Shown: positions 24,356 through 39,073 of the stretch, piece after piece
Numbering within the stretch: position 1 is the stretch's first letter
How the letters are laid out: every line of letters starts with the position of its first letter
Assembly (NCBI GenBank): GCA_030141605.1
Contig: JAQGDQ010000549.1
Location: 64,794-128,793 of the forward strand
DNA length: 64,000 nucleotides
Reading direction: 5' to 3'
From: Tubiluchus corallicola
Lineage: Eukaryota; Animalia; Priapulida
Position numbers and translations under genes: made by a program
The notes under the pieces: model-generated
The model's database searches: none
What the model saw: the letters and a program-made list of their open reading frames with translations, nothing else
What the model was told of the DNA's origin: nothing

Positions 24356-25317
24356 CCAAACTCAACAATAACACATAGACCAAGTGATGAAAATTATTAA
24401 AAAAGATGCACAGGGAGAAAAGACGCTACGACAATTGTAATTTCATACAGAAGCAGTTCTGTAGAAAACCTCAACAGATACACTCATTCCGTAAACGCAT
24501 ACATAAACTTATTAAAGTCATTTTACGTACGCTTACTACTCTTTTAATGACGCTTATAGAGAACTATCAAGCTATAACCTATCTAGTTTCCACTTAATAA
24601 GTTACGTACGCCTGTCTGTAACATTATTCAATAGATAGTAGGCAAGAGAGCCACCAATACATGCCCGCATTGACCAATGCTTAATTAGTTTAATCAAAAT
24701 CTATTATTTGCAACAAACACTGCCCATATCACACAGCAAATTACTATAATTATTTTATTATTTCTGCACAATAATGAAAACAACGAATGATAGTTCACAA
24801 AAGCAGAATAATGGTAGCTTTTACTAGGCTCATAAATACACGTTTGAAAATCCAGTGATAAACGTTGATTAGCATGGTCTATCACTCAAAGCTGAGCTAA
24901 TTAAAAAACCCAAATGTTTGTTTGGTACGTTGTAGGAAGTTTGACAAACATAAATTCGAAGTTGAGTTGTCAGACACTTGAGGCATAAATTTGACATGGG
25001 AGTGAGTATAACATATCAGGTGGCAAAGAAAAAATGTACCGAAGTCTACACTAGAATAATACTAACGTGCTTTACACAGCTGAAATTCCAATCTGAGACA
25101 TTATCGTACATTGGCTTTTGGCTGTGAAACTTATAAGTGTATAGTTTTGCTAATTTTTATGTTATGTCTGAAAAGGTTTTGCGTATTAAAAATTTAAATG
25201 CCGGAGTATTTAACGCTATTGCTCACAGCAGTGGAAACGCTGGTTATGCTGTCAATTTTTGAACGTGTGGTTGTACTATTTAGTGATTTACGATTTTTAT
25301 AGCAACAAACAATTTTA

Positions 25318-25471
25318 TTACTATTATTGTTATTGCTGTTGCTATTGCTCTTGCTGTTGTTGTTGATATTATTATTATTATTTTATTATTGTTGTTGTTG
25401 TTGTTGTTGTTGCTGCTGCTGTTGTTGTTGTTGTTGTTGTTGTTGGTTGTTGTTGTTGTTGTTGTTGCTGT

Positions 25472-25527
<56 letters not shown>

Positions 25528-25543
25528 TGCACTACCACTACCA

Positions 25544-25575
<32 letters not shown>

Positions 25576-25604
25576 TTTACTACTACAACTACAACTACTA
25601 CTTT

Positions 25605-25693
<89 letters not shown>

Positions 25694-25720
25694 TTATTAT
25701 TATTATTATTGTTATTATTA
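25318..25720. repeat. Compound microsatellite (TGT)n(TAC)n(TAT)n
   Basis: Directly visible. Confidence 0.95.
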
Positions 25721-26604
25721 ATTTAAATTTTTGCTCATTGTGTTTATAATCTAAATATTGGACTGCAAGGTTACAAAATTGGTAGTTGAAACAGTGTAAT
25801 TTAGCTCCTCAAACTCAGTAATCAAACTACATACACAAATTCAAAGCATCAGTGAGTTTTCACTGTGCAAAAAGATCATCGAGAGACCATGACGACGATG
25901 ATGATGGCGATCGTCTTCAACTCGGAGTTTGTTGAAGGATCCCGTATTATGAGATTTGGCCGGAAGATTTAGGTTAGAGAAACACTCTGTGAAACGTTTT
26001 GTCCCCAAGCTCGAGTATTTTGAAATAGGTTAAAATGCGTTTACAATAGGATTTGCTATGGCACTCCAATGTTTACAAGATTACGTACGGATTACGAAGT
26101 CGCGCGCTGCATAAACGCATTGTGACGTCACTCGACCAAGCCATTTTATTTATGTAACTTAAGCGCAGCAGTTTGTAGTGTCGTTTTAACTGCTGACTGA
26201 TTCTAATTTAGTGCAAGTATGAAATTGCCAAACCCTAATTTACAACCTTCGCACAAGATTTCCTGTCATTCAGTTTAGTAAACGGAGGTTTGTGAAAATT
26301 AATCGACGTTGAATTATCGTTGAGTTGTTGTTGCAAAACAGAAAAATTTGAAAATACGGTTTTAACAATGCGAGCAGGATTACACAGTAGAACACGGAGA
26401 CAATAGTCATCATTGTATAGAAGGGCAAGGTGGGCCTGTCCAGGGAGGGTCACGTAAGTGCCGAGTTTAACGGTTTCGGATGAATATGAACATTCTTCAA
26501 AAAGACATGGTTAATGTGCAATGGGGAGTGAATAGGGCTGTAATTAGGAAGTGTTGGGACATATTATAGGCGCTTTGTGGTGATGTGCAAAATGGTGAAA
26601 CGGC

Positions 26605-26955
26605 CACGTTGTGCGCACGCGTAGTTGCTGTAAGTCAAAGGTTAAGTGTGCCACATCAATGCGTCCTAACTACAACAGTCATGTGACTGTGGGGAAAGTA
26701 AAGCCGTCTGCCACGTCACTTGTTTTTCTTAGACTTCACTTAATTATCCATCAGTCTGTGCGTACAGCAATTTACTAGCAGAATCTTGCTTGGGAAGAAG
26801 AAAAAATGAGCTAGGTAAGATTCTAGCTAGCTGTTAAAACTGTTGCTGTTACAGCAGCTTGGGCAGCGGGACGTTGTCAAGTGTACACAAATGCATTGTC
26901 TGGTACACTTAACCTTTGACCTTTCACGGTTAACATCAATCGCTGGAACTGTATA
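26605..26955 (+). mobile_element. MITE family D
   Basis: GTCAAAGGTTAAGTGTGCCAC...GGTACACTTAACCTTTGAC inverted ends; similar to 22460-22835. Confidence 0.75.
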
Positions 26956-27136
26956 TAGTCTTATTGTGTGAACTCTGTGCAGACACTGATCTCTAAAGAA
27001 AGGAACTGGAAGAATTATTATTTAAAAAAAGATCTATAACGAAGAAATTGAAAATTCCTAAATATGTATTAAGCTGAAAATGTGCAATCCCCCTCACTCA
27101 TTACCTTCAAATCCTCCATCTAGTGGATTAGGAAGG

Positions 27137-27798
27137 AGTTTACAATTCCCCACACAATTTAAATACCCTACCCTACCCTAACCCTAGCCCACCCCTAGGT
27201 CTATCTCTAAGCCTATTCCTAACCCCAACCCTAACCCTAACCCCACACAATTTAAATACCCTACCCTAACTCTAACTATAACCCTAGCTCTAATCCAACC
27301 CTAGCCCTAGCCCACCCCTAACTCTATCTCAAAATCTATTCCTAACCCCAACCCTAACCCTAACCCCACAAAATTTAAATACCCTACTCTAACCCTAGCC
27401 CTAGCCCACCCCTAACTCTATCTCTAAACTTATTCCTAACCCCAACCCTAACCCTAACCCCACACAATTTAAATACCCTACCCTAACCCTAACTATAACC
27501 CTAGCTCTAATCCAACCCTAGCCCTAGCCCTAGCCCTAGCCCTAGCCCTAGCCCTAGCCCACCCCTAACTATCTCTAAATCTATTCCTAACCCCAACCCT
27601 AACCCTAACCCACACAATTTAAATACCCTACCCTAACCCTAGCCTTAATCCAACCCTCGCTCTAGCCCACCCCTAACTCTATCTCTAAACCTATTCCTAA
27701 CCCCAACCCTAACCTAACCCTAATTCTAGCCCTAATCGTAATCTTAACCCTAATCCTAATCCTCTTCACGAACTCTTGTGTATTGGGAATTGTAAACT
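27137..27798. mobile_element. TIR-bounded element filled with telomere-like CCCTAA/CCCTAG repeats
   Basis: Perfect 14-bp inverted repeat AGTTTACAATTCCC (27137-27150) / GGGAATTGTAAACT (27785-27798). The interior has five higher-order units, each starting near CCACACAATTTAAATACCCTA, built from CCCTAA variants. Confidence 0.75.
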
Positions 27799-28338
27799 TT
27801 AGCCGCTGATTCAACCAATTCTACAAAGTGTCATAACGTCACGAAGCCATAAACTCATTGTAGTTTTTGCAACATTGATGTCGCCTGCTGTATGAGGTTC
27901 CTGAATTCTCCTGCTTACACAAACCGACACGCACAGACATTGATAATTCAATACTGAGAACATCAGCGTCTGTGTTGTTGATCAACTGTAGCTTTAGAAA
28001 TCTCTGGTCATTTGGTCAATAATCACTGAGCAGCAGCACGTACGTCACTTCCGGCAATTATTACACGGATTCACTGAAGCTGTCAGCTTGTAAGTGATAC
28101 CTGTCTTCTGATTAATGCAATGCTGAATTTCTCGTTCGCGCGCTTAGTTATTCGATCTTACATTCATTTCCCCATTCGTCTCTAGGCGAGCACTGGAATT
28201 TAAAATCGGCCACATTTTTGTATACCACACTAAATGGTGCACGATTTATCTTGAATTTTGTACAAGGTTACTATAAACGCAAGTCCTTAATACAATAAGA
28301 CAGCATATAAGTGGTACTTTTCAAGGTGAACTTTTTAT

Positions 28339-28910
28339 AGCAAAACTGGATCCAGTCTTAAGCAGGTCAAAACAACCTACACTTTAAAATATTGAAACAA
28401 AACATACTATTTTTTTTCAAAAATTACTTACGTCAAAGAATTATTACGACACAAACACAACTTCACGTTCGCGCCACTAGTTCTTCGCTGTTACATGCAT
28501 TTCGACAGGCACTAGCGCCTGTATTTCCGAAACTCACAAAAAAACAGGTGTTGTACCTCTCAATTCAGATGTGTAAGTTTGTGACGAACTGCACACGTTC
28601 GACAGCTCACGCGTGAGCACAGATAAATTTGAAAATTGAATTTTTTCCTTTAAAACTTGCCCAGTTTTAATACAACACATCGATTACCTTACAGTAGTTC
28701 TGTACTTCAATTTTCTCTTTCGCAAACACGTGCAGCACGCTCGCGGATATTCTTGCTGTTGAAAATTATGTTAGTTTGTGATGTCATCAATAGTTGGGCT
28801 CGTCCGCCGTTAATTATGTTTTTAACTTATCATTTAATTATCAGAAACGCTTTTGCAGCATTAATTGTGTTAAAATATATACTTTTTATCGGACTTGAAA
28901 ATGGGGTCCT
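28339..28910 (+). mobile_element. Family A Kolobok-like element
   Basis: Homologous to 16514-17123; ends GGTCCT|TTAA. Confidence 0.8.
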
Positions 28911-29859
28911 TTAAGCTTTGTTTATGAAGTGCGTTTTCTTGTGATTTAAATACATTAAACCACATACTTGTGAATTAACAAATTAAATAACAGATTTAGC
29001 ACAAGAAATGGTATACTGATAAAGTCTAACTGAATAAAATGCGACATTTTCTTTATCAGGCGGCTTTCACGTTTTGCTTTGATCAATTTCTGTCTAATGT
29101 AACCCCCACATTAATTTAGCAATATTTACACTGTAGTAACGTCTTAAGTGCAAATTTAACAGCCTGTTCACACAGCGCAGTGACGTCACACGAATCTTAG
29201 CAACAAACGCTGATTAATTTTTATGCGCCTGGCGAAATTAAAATCTGAAGAATGTATTATGCTTGTAATCTGTTCAAGTCAAGCTGACTTTATTAACAAT
29301 TTTCGCAGAAATTTCTCCTCAACGGGCCGTAAAAGCTACGCAAGTAATATGGAGAGAATTCCATAGAGAAATTTGTTTTTAATTGAAAGGAAATTCAAAT
29401 AAATGATTCGCTCCTTGTAGTGCTGAAATTTCCTGTCACAACAGTAACGGAGCAAATGTTGAACCTTGTATAACAACGTTGTTTTGATTAGTTTTATTCC
29501 GTTCACGTAAATCACTCATTTCATTTTGCCTGCCTTAATAATTTCTGTCAGGTCAAAAAACTGACTGACTGGCTAATTTATCTACACTGACTGACTGACT
29601 GACTGCATGGATGAATGAATAAACGAATGAATGAACGAACGAACGAACGAATAAATGACTAATTGGCAAAGCGAGTTATACCATACCTTATTGATTTGAG
29701 TAGAAAGCGTGTGGCTTCTTTTGGACATGACTTTTTTCTATGATTTCTCCTGGATATAGTGTTTGCGTAGCGTATGCACGCGCCGCGCATGCGCAGACGG
29801 TTCTTCATTAATGAGGCAAACATTAAAGCAGTAGCATATTCTCGCTGAATAAACGGACA

Positions 29860-30500
29860 GAGCTGATCAAGATTGTGTAACTTGCAACAAAGTCGACCAA
29901 GCGTGTTCACATCCTAACAAAGTTGATCAAGAATAGCTATCTTGCAAGAGACCTGACTAAGAGTACCTATTTTGCATTTGATACAGAGCTAACTAAGAAT
30001 GTCTATTTTGCAACAAAGCTAATCAAGAATGCTCATTTTGCAAAAGCTGGCGAAGAATGTAGATCTTGCAGCAGAGCTTATCTATATTTCAAGATCAAGA
30101 ATGTCTGTCTTGCACCAAAGCAGATCAAGAGTGCCCATCTTGCAACATATAGTGACCTAATATTGTAAAAAGGCCAACCAAGATGTCTATCTTGTTGCCA
30201 TCTTGTATGAAATGATCAAGATTGTCCATCTGTAGCAGTAGCAAAGCTGACCTAGAATGCCTTTCTTGTAACAAAACGGACAAAAAACCTCTTTTGCAAA
30301 AAAGAAGAATAAGGTAACTTTTCTGCATGAAGGTCGATCAAGAATACTCCTCTTGCAGCAAAATTGCGCAAGATTGTTTCGTTTACAACATGCTGATCAA
30401 GGATGTCGAGGTTGCAACTGCTAAAGCTGACCAAAACTGCCTAATTTGCAACATTATTAATCATAGATGTCAATTTACTAATAACAATGATCAAGATTTC
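29860..30500. repeat. Old degenerate ~30-bp tandem repeat
   Basis: Recurrent AAGCTGATCAAGAATGTCTATCTTGCAAC-like units. Confidence 0.65.
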
Positions 30501-31124
30501 CTTTTTTGCATCGAAAATTTCATTATTTTCCTGCGACGCAGTCAAAATGTAGTTTATCCAAGTGAAAAATTGAGGATGATGGGTGAATTAATTACAATAT
30601 GCAAAATCCAAGCGCTAAATAGATATAAAAATGATGGCTAGAATTACCTAATTCAATAGCCATTAGACGAGATCTGAGACTTAATTCACTTATCAGATAA
30701 TGTGTACAGCGATCGAAGTTGGACGCTTTTGCATCTCACTTTATTACGTCAGCAAACCTAGATTACAAATCTTGCATTCAATACTAATAATTATATTTAT
30801 ACACCAATACTGAAAATAAAGTTTATTCAATTGCCATTATTTTTCGATAGGTAACACGTCTGTGATTTCTAGTGGAAGATCCGGGATTCTGGTGCAAATA
30901 CCACGTGACCATAGATGTTGGTGGTTCTAGCTGCTGACATTGACGTAGAGTTGAGAAAGAGGAACGTTGAGCATGCGCACTAGGGTTTCAGTTTCTTTAC
31001 TTTTAAGGATAAAAGGGTCCACACTTTCCTAAAGTTCTTTTGATTGCATTGCAATTTCAACACTATTAATATTCAATTTTACTGACCGTTACAAATTTCT
31101 GTGAAATTCACGCCAACTCACAAT

Positions 31125-31565
31125 TTGTTTCAAACGACTTACCGTTAAAATGGCTGCGCTTAACGGTCAAATTAAACAGTTTAAATTTACTAGTTTTATA
31201 CAGCGTTACTGTTAACGCAAGCTCTCTATGCAACGAGGCAGTAAGTATGTGACACAAAATTTCAAGGCATTTTTAGCTTCATGTGAAACCAAAATACACA
31301 TTATCGACCTTATTAACAATACAAAGCAGTTAGTTCTTTTGCTTACGAATGAGATACGAATGCCCTGATTAGTTTTTCAAACTTTATTCGATGCTACCTA
31401 ATCTTGTTTCAAATGATCTACCATCAAAATGGCTGGGAATTTCAATTTTCAAGTTTTTATACAGCGTTACTGCTAGCGCAAGCCCTGCATGCAGCAAGGC
31501 GGCAGTATGTATGTGACACAAAATTTTAGCTCTGTGTAAATAAAGGGTTTTCTTGTGTTTTAGCT
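31125..31565 (-). mobile_element. Two partial family C copies
   Basis: TTTTATACAGCGTTACTG..GCAAGC occurs twice, as the reverse complement of the family C core. Confidence 0.65.
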
Positions 31566-32597
31566 ATTTGAATGTTTTCCAGTAATAGACTAGTTTACTG
31601 ATCCAAGGTTCAATGGTAACGTTTACTCTCTTGCATTCCTCGCATAGTTTTCATTTCAACGTTTCGGGTACAGCTACAGCAACTCCCCCCCGCCCCCACT
31701 CGCAACCGTTGCTGCTACCGCATATTATAAGTGCAAAAAAATTGGCACTACGCCAAACGAAAGCTATTTTCTGATAAGGTAATAAAATGCGACAATATAG
31801 AAAATATAGAACTTGCAAGACATATTTAGAGTACAACGCGGTGCATTCCTGCACGCCTTGAGTATACATGCAAAAACAAAGATAGTAACATGGGCAAAAT
31901 TCATAGTAACAATAAACAATGTCGATAATCACCCCTGTATACAACGACATACCGCCTAGTTGCATTCACTCCAACACACGCGCATGCGTGTTGGATTCAG
32001 CCATCGGTTGTAGTATATGAAAAACCATCCTGTCTTCCTTTGTACGAAACTGCACTAGTTTCTTCATTAGCAACATCACAGCAGTCTATAACTTTCAGAT
32101 TTCTGCTCTTGAATAGCTATCACGTACTGTGAGAAGAATTGTTTTGCAATTGCACACGGCGCCACATGCTCTAGGGAAATTCGATGCGTCTCTCAAAAGT
32201 GTTTATCACAAACACGAATAAAACGCATTACTCCAGGGCTCGTGTTTTACAAACGATTTTCATTTTGAAAATTCATTGCTTTGCGTTAAAAGCACAGATC
32301 TATGGTTAAAAGCCTCGGTGACAGCTGAAGCTGCATTTATTGCGAAAAATGCGCAAAATTCGCGTGCACAAATTTGCGTGTCACAATTACGGTGTTCTAT
32401 TATCGATCATAATATCGATTATTGCGCAAATTAATGTAAATGGAGATCCAAAAATAGAGATACGGTTTCTATGTCTAATATTCTTTCTAAGCTGCTATCT
32501 TATAGAGCAATGTAAGTTAAAGCGATTTTTTCACGCTTGAAAAATAACAGGTATTCATTGATAACATTATTATAAAAATCTATAAAAACAACAACTG

Positions 32598-33390
<793 letters not shown>

Positions 33391-33999
33391 ACAAAACTAG
33401 CAGCAGACTGACCTTTTTCCCACCTACAGCTAAGCTTGATAATTAAAGTGATTTTAAATCACTGAACGCTGCTTTTTGACTCACAATCTAAGTAAGAAAA
33501 CTTTTGCTAATGTACAGACCTTCATCTTTCAACAAAAATTCATGTTTAATAGGCCTATTGCAAAGATCCTAATGTTGTCTACAGCAAAACTTCTAATGTT
33601 AACACTAATTTATTACTTTAAAAATCATTGCAAAAATTCTAATGTTTGCCCAAGCGAAACCACGTTCATGTCGGTGCTGCAGCTCAAACGAATTAAAATG
33701 GCGGTTTTTTCCATTTCGGAAATCAGTCGCAAACATGTCGGTCGGTCGCCGTTTCCGGTCGACTTGGGTATCGATTCCGCGCGGCTATTAGAAAGTTTGT
33801 TGGCTTGAAACGGCAACTGAAGCCAAACTGAGTATTTCTAATGTACAAAACGTGTATTGGACGAGTGCAGCGTAGCGTGACGATTGGCTTAAGTGTAGGT
33901 TAATTTATGTACAATCACTGACGTTTAATCGTGTTATTAAAGCGACCTGTGTAGCTGCTGCTGTATTACGCGGTTTTAAACACCGTCAAAATATCTAAC

Positions 34000-34432
34000 A
34001 TTTTTCGGTTTTTTTCACCAGACCTCTTACCTTTGGAATTCTCATCTATTACAAAATTGGCGCAAATTATTCACCTGTTAACTATAATCTTAACTGCTTC
34101 AAAATGAAGATTTTTAAGGTGTGCTACAGTGTTTCTAAACACCATAAAAACACAGTGTTTAAAGTTCATCCAGTTTTTCTTCCACCGGGCCTCTTAGCTT
34201 TAGAATTCTTATCTGCTACAAAACTGGCACAATTTTTTTACCTGTTAGCTTTAATTTTAACTGCAGGAAGGAAAACGTTTTTGTTCTGCATTAGAGCATT
34301 TCAAAACACTGTCAAAGACAATGTTTAACATTCATCCGGTTTTTTCCACAGGGTCTCTTACCTTTCGAATTCTTACCTGCTGCAAAATTGGCACAGATTA
34401 TTTACCCATTAGCTATCATCTTAACTGCTTCA
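34000..34432. repeat. ~165-bp diverged tandem repeat x3
   Basis: CTCTTA.CTTT.GAATTCT.A.CT..T.CAAAA.TGGC.CA..TTAACTGC occurs three times. Confidence 0.75.
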
Positions 34433-34679
34433 GTCTGCGTACCACTAGCAGAATAGTGGTTACCCAGAATTCTATTTATTAGACTTTTCACATTTTTGCT
34501 GGAGTTTTTTTATTCTGACCAGCCACTGCCATTGCTCGCGGCGATCAGAATAAAAAATTTCATGTTCCAAATCCATGTTTTTCCTAATTAAATAGTTCGG
34601 CCACAAGACATGGAAGCAAACATCTACACTGTTGAGCAAAGAGGCAAAAACTTGAAGTAAACAAAACATAAATCTCCAC

Positions 34680-34740
34680 CTAGTATCGAACCCGGGTCCT
34701 TCTGCCTTCTAGACAGACACTTTTCGCAACCTTTGATGTG
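34680..34740 (-). mobile_element. Possible degraded tRNA-derived SINE head
   Basis: Minus strand ..GTCTAGAAGGCAGAAGGACCCGGGTTCGATACT has a B-box-like GGTTCGA; no clear A box. Confidence 0.35.
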
Positions 34741-35474
34741 CAAATTTTGTTATCACTACAAGTCGGTAGGACATAAACACCCACATAAGTTAATCTATAC
34801 AACTTTAATACATATAATCTATATCTTTTTTGTGCAAAAGGTTTATTGATTTTTCTACCCACGCGTTGAACACTGTACATCTGCCCACTAGTCTGCACTA
34901 AATTATCTTTATTTATCTTATTTACACAAGAGTAGGGAAACGATTCTGCTATACGAACCACCTACTACATAGGTATGTTTACATTACGCTACACACACAA
35001 CCTAGAATCTATTTTTGACCATCCATGCGTCATCAATGGCTTCATGCGTCATCCATGGCTTCCATGGGTGCAATACCCCAGGTCAAGCATAACGTTCACA
35101 CATTTGACCCAAGTTGCTTCGTGAACTTTCCCACTGCTAAACCTAGTGTAGGGCTGTTTAGGCACCTGACTATAATAAGCTTTCCCAGGGCATTTTTAGA
35201 CATGGTGCAACTTCCTGCAAATTCAGTTTCTACCCTCGGGCTTCTTATCTGTGGAATTCTCCACCACGAATTTTAAATTTAATTTTGCTACTTAATTTGA
35301 TTTTTTCGACACGTATTCGTATCTTTACCTTCTTTGCTGGATGCTTTTCTACCATGCTTAGTCTTTGTTATTTAATGCTCCTGTTTAGAACGACTTGTAC
35401 AAAAGCGTGACATAAATTTCATGGTATTTTTAGCTGCAGGGGAAAATTGAAAACTCACAAATATTGCGCTTTAA

Positions 35475-35977
35475 AGGAAAGACCAGGCATTCTGGGAAAT
35501 TAGGCCTATTTCAATGCTGGGGAAAAATGTTAGAAAGATTTAGCAATATTAGTGTTATAAGTGTCTCGTGTAATTAGCAAAATCACTTAGAAGTCACGAT
35601 CATTTAACGTTATTTCTCCCACCAGTGACGTCATTCATCAACTGAAGAAAATCAGGACACTGTGAATTACCGTCAAAAGAAGTTTTTACAAAAAGACAGA
35701 TTGGTTATTTTGTAATATTTTTGCTTATGCAGAGTGCAGCAAAGCGCGCCTACGTAATGCGATGATGCGCTTACAAAAAATCACAAAGTCCACCAATTAC
35801 GTCATAATTTTCGGGTGAATTGCTGTTACCACTGCGCCTGAAAATTTCTATTCAGAGGTAGTATAAATCAACTTTATGGATTTTGGACAGTTTTTTCAAA
35901 TTTCTTTGTTTTATTTTTCTAAGTTTAAGCGGTAAGAGTAAAATAAACACAACAGGCAAAGGGACATGTACTTTCCT
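35475..35977. mobile_element. Family B Kolobok-like element
   Basis: Starts TTAA|AGGAAAGACC; internal similarity to 11712-12263 (CCAGTGACGTCATTCATC, TCCACCA.TTACGTCA). Confidence 0.7.
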
Positions 35978-36947
35978 TCAACACTGATTTAATAAAAAGC
36001 TTGAAAACGAACTAGGTTTTGTGTATTTCTTCAAGTTAACTTGAACACCATCAGTATAACATTTACACCCACTCAGAGCGTTCATGTCCCACTCAAGGTC
36101 TGTCAGACTTGATCCTCTTATCTGATCCTGGAAAGTTGACATCCTGGGACAGGCCCTCCTCCTCTCGGAAACATGGTTTATCAGTAGCGGTGCTTTTGTT
36201 GCAACTTCCACTCATTCGTCCACTGAGTTCCATTCATTCAGCTCATTTATTTTATTCTGGCGCATCGAGGCTGCCGTACATTACTGATACTAAAGACGGC
36301 ATTCATCTAGTTCACGTAGCACACGTTATTCTGAATGGTGACTATTAATCGACTCGCTGATCAATGCCAGGGATCACATTAGCAGCTTCACGTGCAGGGT
36401 GGGAAATGTTCGTCACGTGACAATGCTGGTCAAAATGGCTTCCTTTGACAGGCACAAAGTCGTCTAGAGCAACCTGGTTTTTGAGTACGCGCAAGCTGAA
36501 GATAATATTGTTAAAACAGGCTTCTACTCAGCATATTCCAAAATGCAGAACGGCTGCTTAAAAATCCGTTTTTCATTGGACCTCTTTGGAATCCTTGCCA
36601 GAGATTGCTTTCATGTTAGCTACAACCTCAAACCCTTAAAATAATGTCAGCAGATACCTCCTATTACGAGTAATTCGTCAAACTTTAAGGAACTGAATTC
36701 GAATTTAAACCGTTCTGCTGTTTGTTTGCCTAGCATTTCAATTGAGAAGTCACGTGAGCGCTGTCATCACAGATGGGGACGAAAGTTTGTTGGTCCCCCA
36801 CCAATTTGGGCAGCTTTTCCTGGACACTGCCGCGTAGTTAACACTTTGAAGCCATCCATTCAGGCAGCCATAACTCCAGGGTTTCATTTCGCTGACCAGC
36901 TGAGCTAGAAATCGATTTAGCAGCTCCCAGTAGTAAACATGATGAAG

Positions 36948-38462
36948 TATGTGAGTTATGTTTGAACGAGTCACGTCTAAAAGTGTTGAGATTTGTGAGT
37001 TATATTTAAATAAGTCACGTCTAAAAGTGTTGAGATTTGTGAGTTATATTTGAACGAGTCACGTCTCAAAGTGTTGAGATTTGTGAGTAATATTTGAATA
37101 AGTCACGTCTAAAAGTGTTGAGATTTGTGAGTAATATTTGAATAAGTCACGTCTAAAAGTGTTGAGATTTGTGAGTAATATTTAAATAAATCACGTTTAA
37201 AAGTGTTGAGATTTGTGAGTTATATTTGAATAAGTCACGTCTAAAAGTGTTGAGATTTGTGAGTTATATTTAAATAAGTCACGTCTAAAAGTGTTGAGAT
37301 TTGTGAGTTATATTTAAATAAGTCACGTCTAAAAGTGTTGAGATTTGTGAGTTATATTTAAATAAGTCACGTCTAAAAGTGTTGAGATTTGTGAGTAATA
37401 TTTGAACGAGTCTCGTCTAAAAGTGTTGAGATTTGTGAGTTATATTTGAACGAGTCTCGTCTAGGAGTGTTGAGATTTGTGAGTTATATTTGAACGAGTC
37501 TTGTCTAGGAGTGTTGAGATTTGTGAGTTATATTTGAACGAGTCTCATCTGGAAGTGTTGAGATTTATGAGTTATATTTGAACGAGTCTCGTCTGGAAGT
37601 GTTGAGATTTGTGAGTTATATTTGAACGAGTCTTGTCTAGGAGTGTTGAGATTTGTGAGTTATATTTGAACGAGTCTCATCTGGAAGTGTTGAGATTTGT
37701 GAGTTATATTTGAACGAGTCTCGTCTAGGAGTGTTGAGATTTGTGAGTTATATTTGAACGAGTCTCGTCTGGAAGTGTTGAGATTTGTGAGTTATATTTG
37801 AACGAGTCTCGTCTAGGAGTGTTGAGATTTATGAGTTATATTTGAACGAGTCTCATCTGGAAGTGTTGAGATTTATGAGTTATATTTGAACGAGTCTCGT
37901 CTGGAAGTGTTGAGATTTGTGAGTTATATTTGAACGAGTCTCATCTGGAAGTGTTGAGATTTATGAGTTATATTTGAACGAGTCTCATCTGGAAGTGTTG
38001 AGATTTATGTGTTATATTTGAACGAGTCTTGTCTAAAAGTGTTGAGATTTGTGAGTTATATTTGAACGAGTCTCGTCTAAAAGTGTTGAGATTTGTGAGT
38101 TATATTTGAACGAGTCTTGTCTAGGAGTGTTGAGATTTGTGAGTTATATTTGAACGAGTCTCATCTGGAAGTGTTGAGATTTATGAGTTATATTTGAACG
38201 AGTCTCGTCTAGGAGTGTTGAGATTTATGAGTTATATTTGAACGAGTCTCGTCTAGGAGTGTTGAGATTTGTGAGTTATATTTGAACGAGTCTCGTCTAG
38301 GAGTGTTGAGATTTGTGAGTTATATTTGAACGAGTCTCGTCTAGGAGTGTTGAGATTTGTGAGTTATATTTGAACGAGTCTCGTCTAGGAGTGTTGAGAT
38401 TTGTGAGTTATATTTGAACGAGTCTCATCTGGGAGTGTTGAGATTTGTGAGTAATATTTGAA
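36948..38462. repeat. 44-bp minisatellite array, about 34 copies
   Basis: Unit GTGTTGAGATTTGTGAGTTATATTTGAACGAGTCTCGTCTAGGA; period 44 (36983, 37027, ...). Confidence 0.97.
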
Positions 38463-38669
38463 TTATAAGCACTGGGTTGGAAATATTGTCCTAACAATTT
38501 TCTAAAACGTTTTCGAAATGAATCTATTTCATTCTTTTGACAATGTTTGACTAACTGAATTTTGTTTCAAAGCACATCGTCCATGGCTTCTCTGGATAAC
38601 TAACCTGACTTTCCGTTACGATGGCTTGATTGCTTTCTACTCTATCAAAAGTACTTCCCAGCCTGCTAA

Positions 38670-39073
38670 CAGTCCGGGACAGATTTTGACTTTTGGGGCA
38701 CCTGGGCTAATGAAATTATGGGGCCACCTCAGACCAAGCCACCCTCTAACTTTCTCGTACTCGCCTCGAATATTTCTACTTGATATATTTTAGCAAAATT
38801 TAAAAGCTGGGGGGTGGACCGTACTTCAAATAAAGGGTTTCAAAGAGGGGCCTTTATCTTAAATAAAGGGCCTGAAAGAAAGGCCGTTTATCTCAAAGAA
38901 AAGGGCTTCGAACAGGGATCCTCTATTTCAAACGAGGAGAAACTTTAAAATTGGATTTTTAGATTTCCTGGCTTTCTTTTTTAAAGTCAGAAATGCAAAG
39001 TAGCCCCCCCCCCCCTCAAGCTGAGGGGCCCTAAACTGCAATCTGTAGTAATCTATATTGTAATCCGGCCCTG
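38670..39073. mobile_element. Possible hAT-like MITE (CAGGGCCGGATT-type end)
   Basis: Right end AATCCGGCCCTG; GGGGCC-rich subterminal motifs at both ends; left end degenerate. Confidence 0.45.

Noticed and set aside
26365-26459. Exon ending at the consensus donor CAC|GTAAGT
   Set aside because: No convincing acceptor; two frames are stopped internally and the third has a stop immediately upstream.
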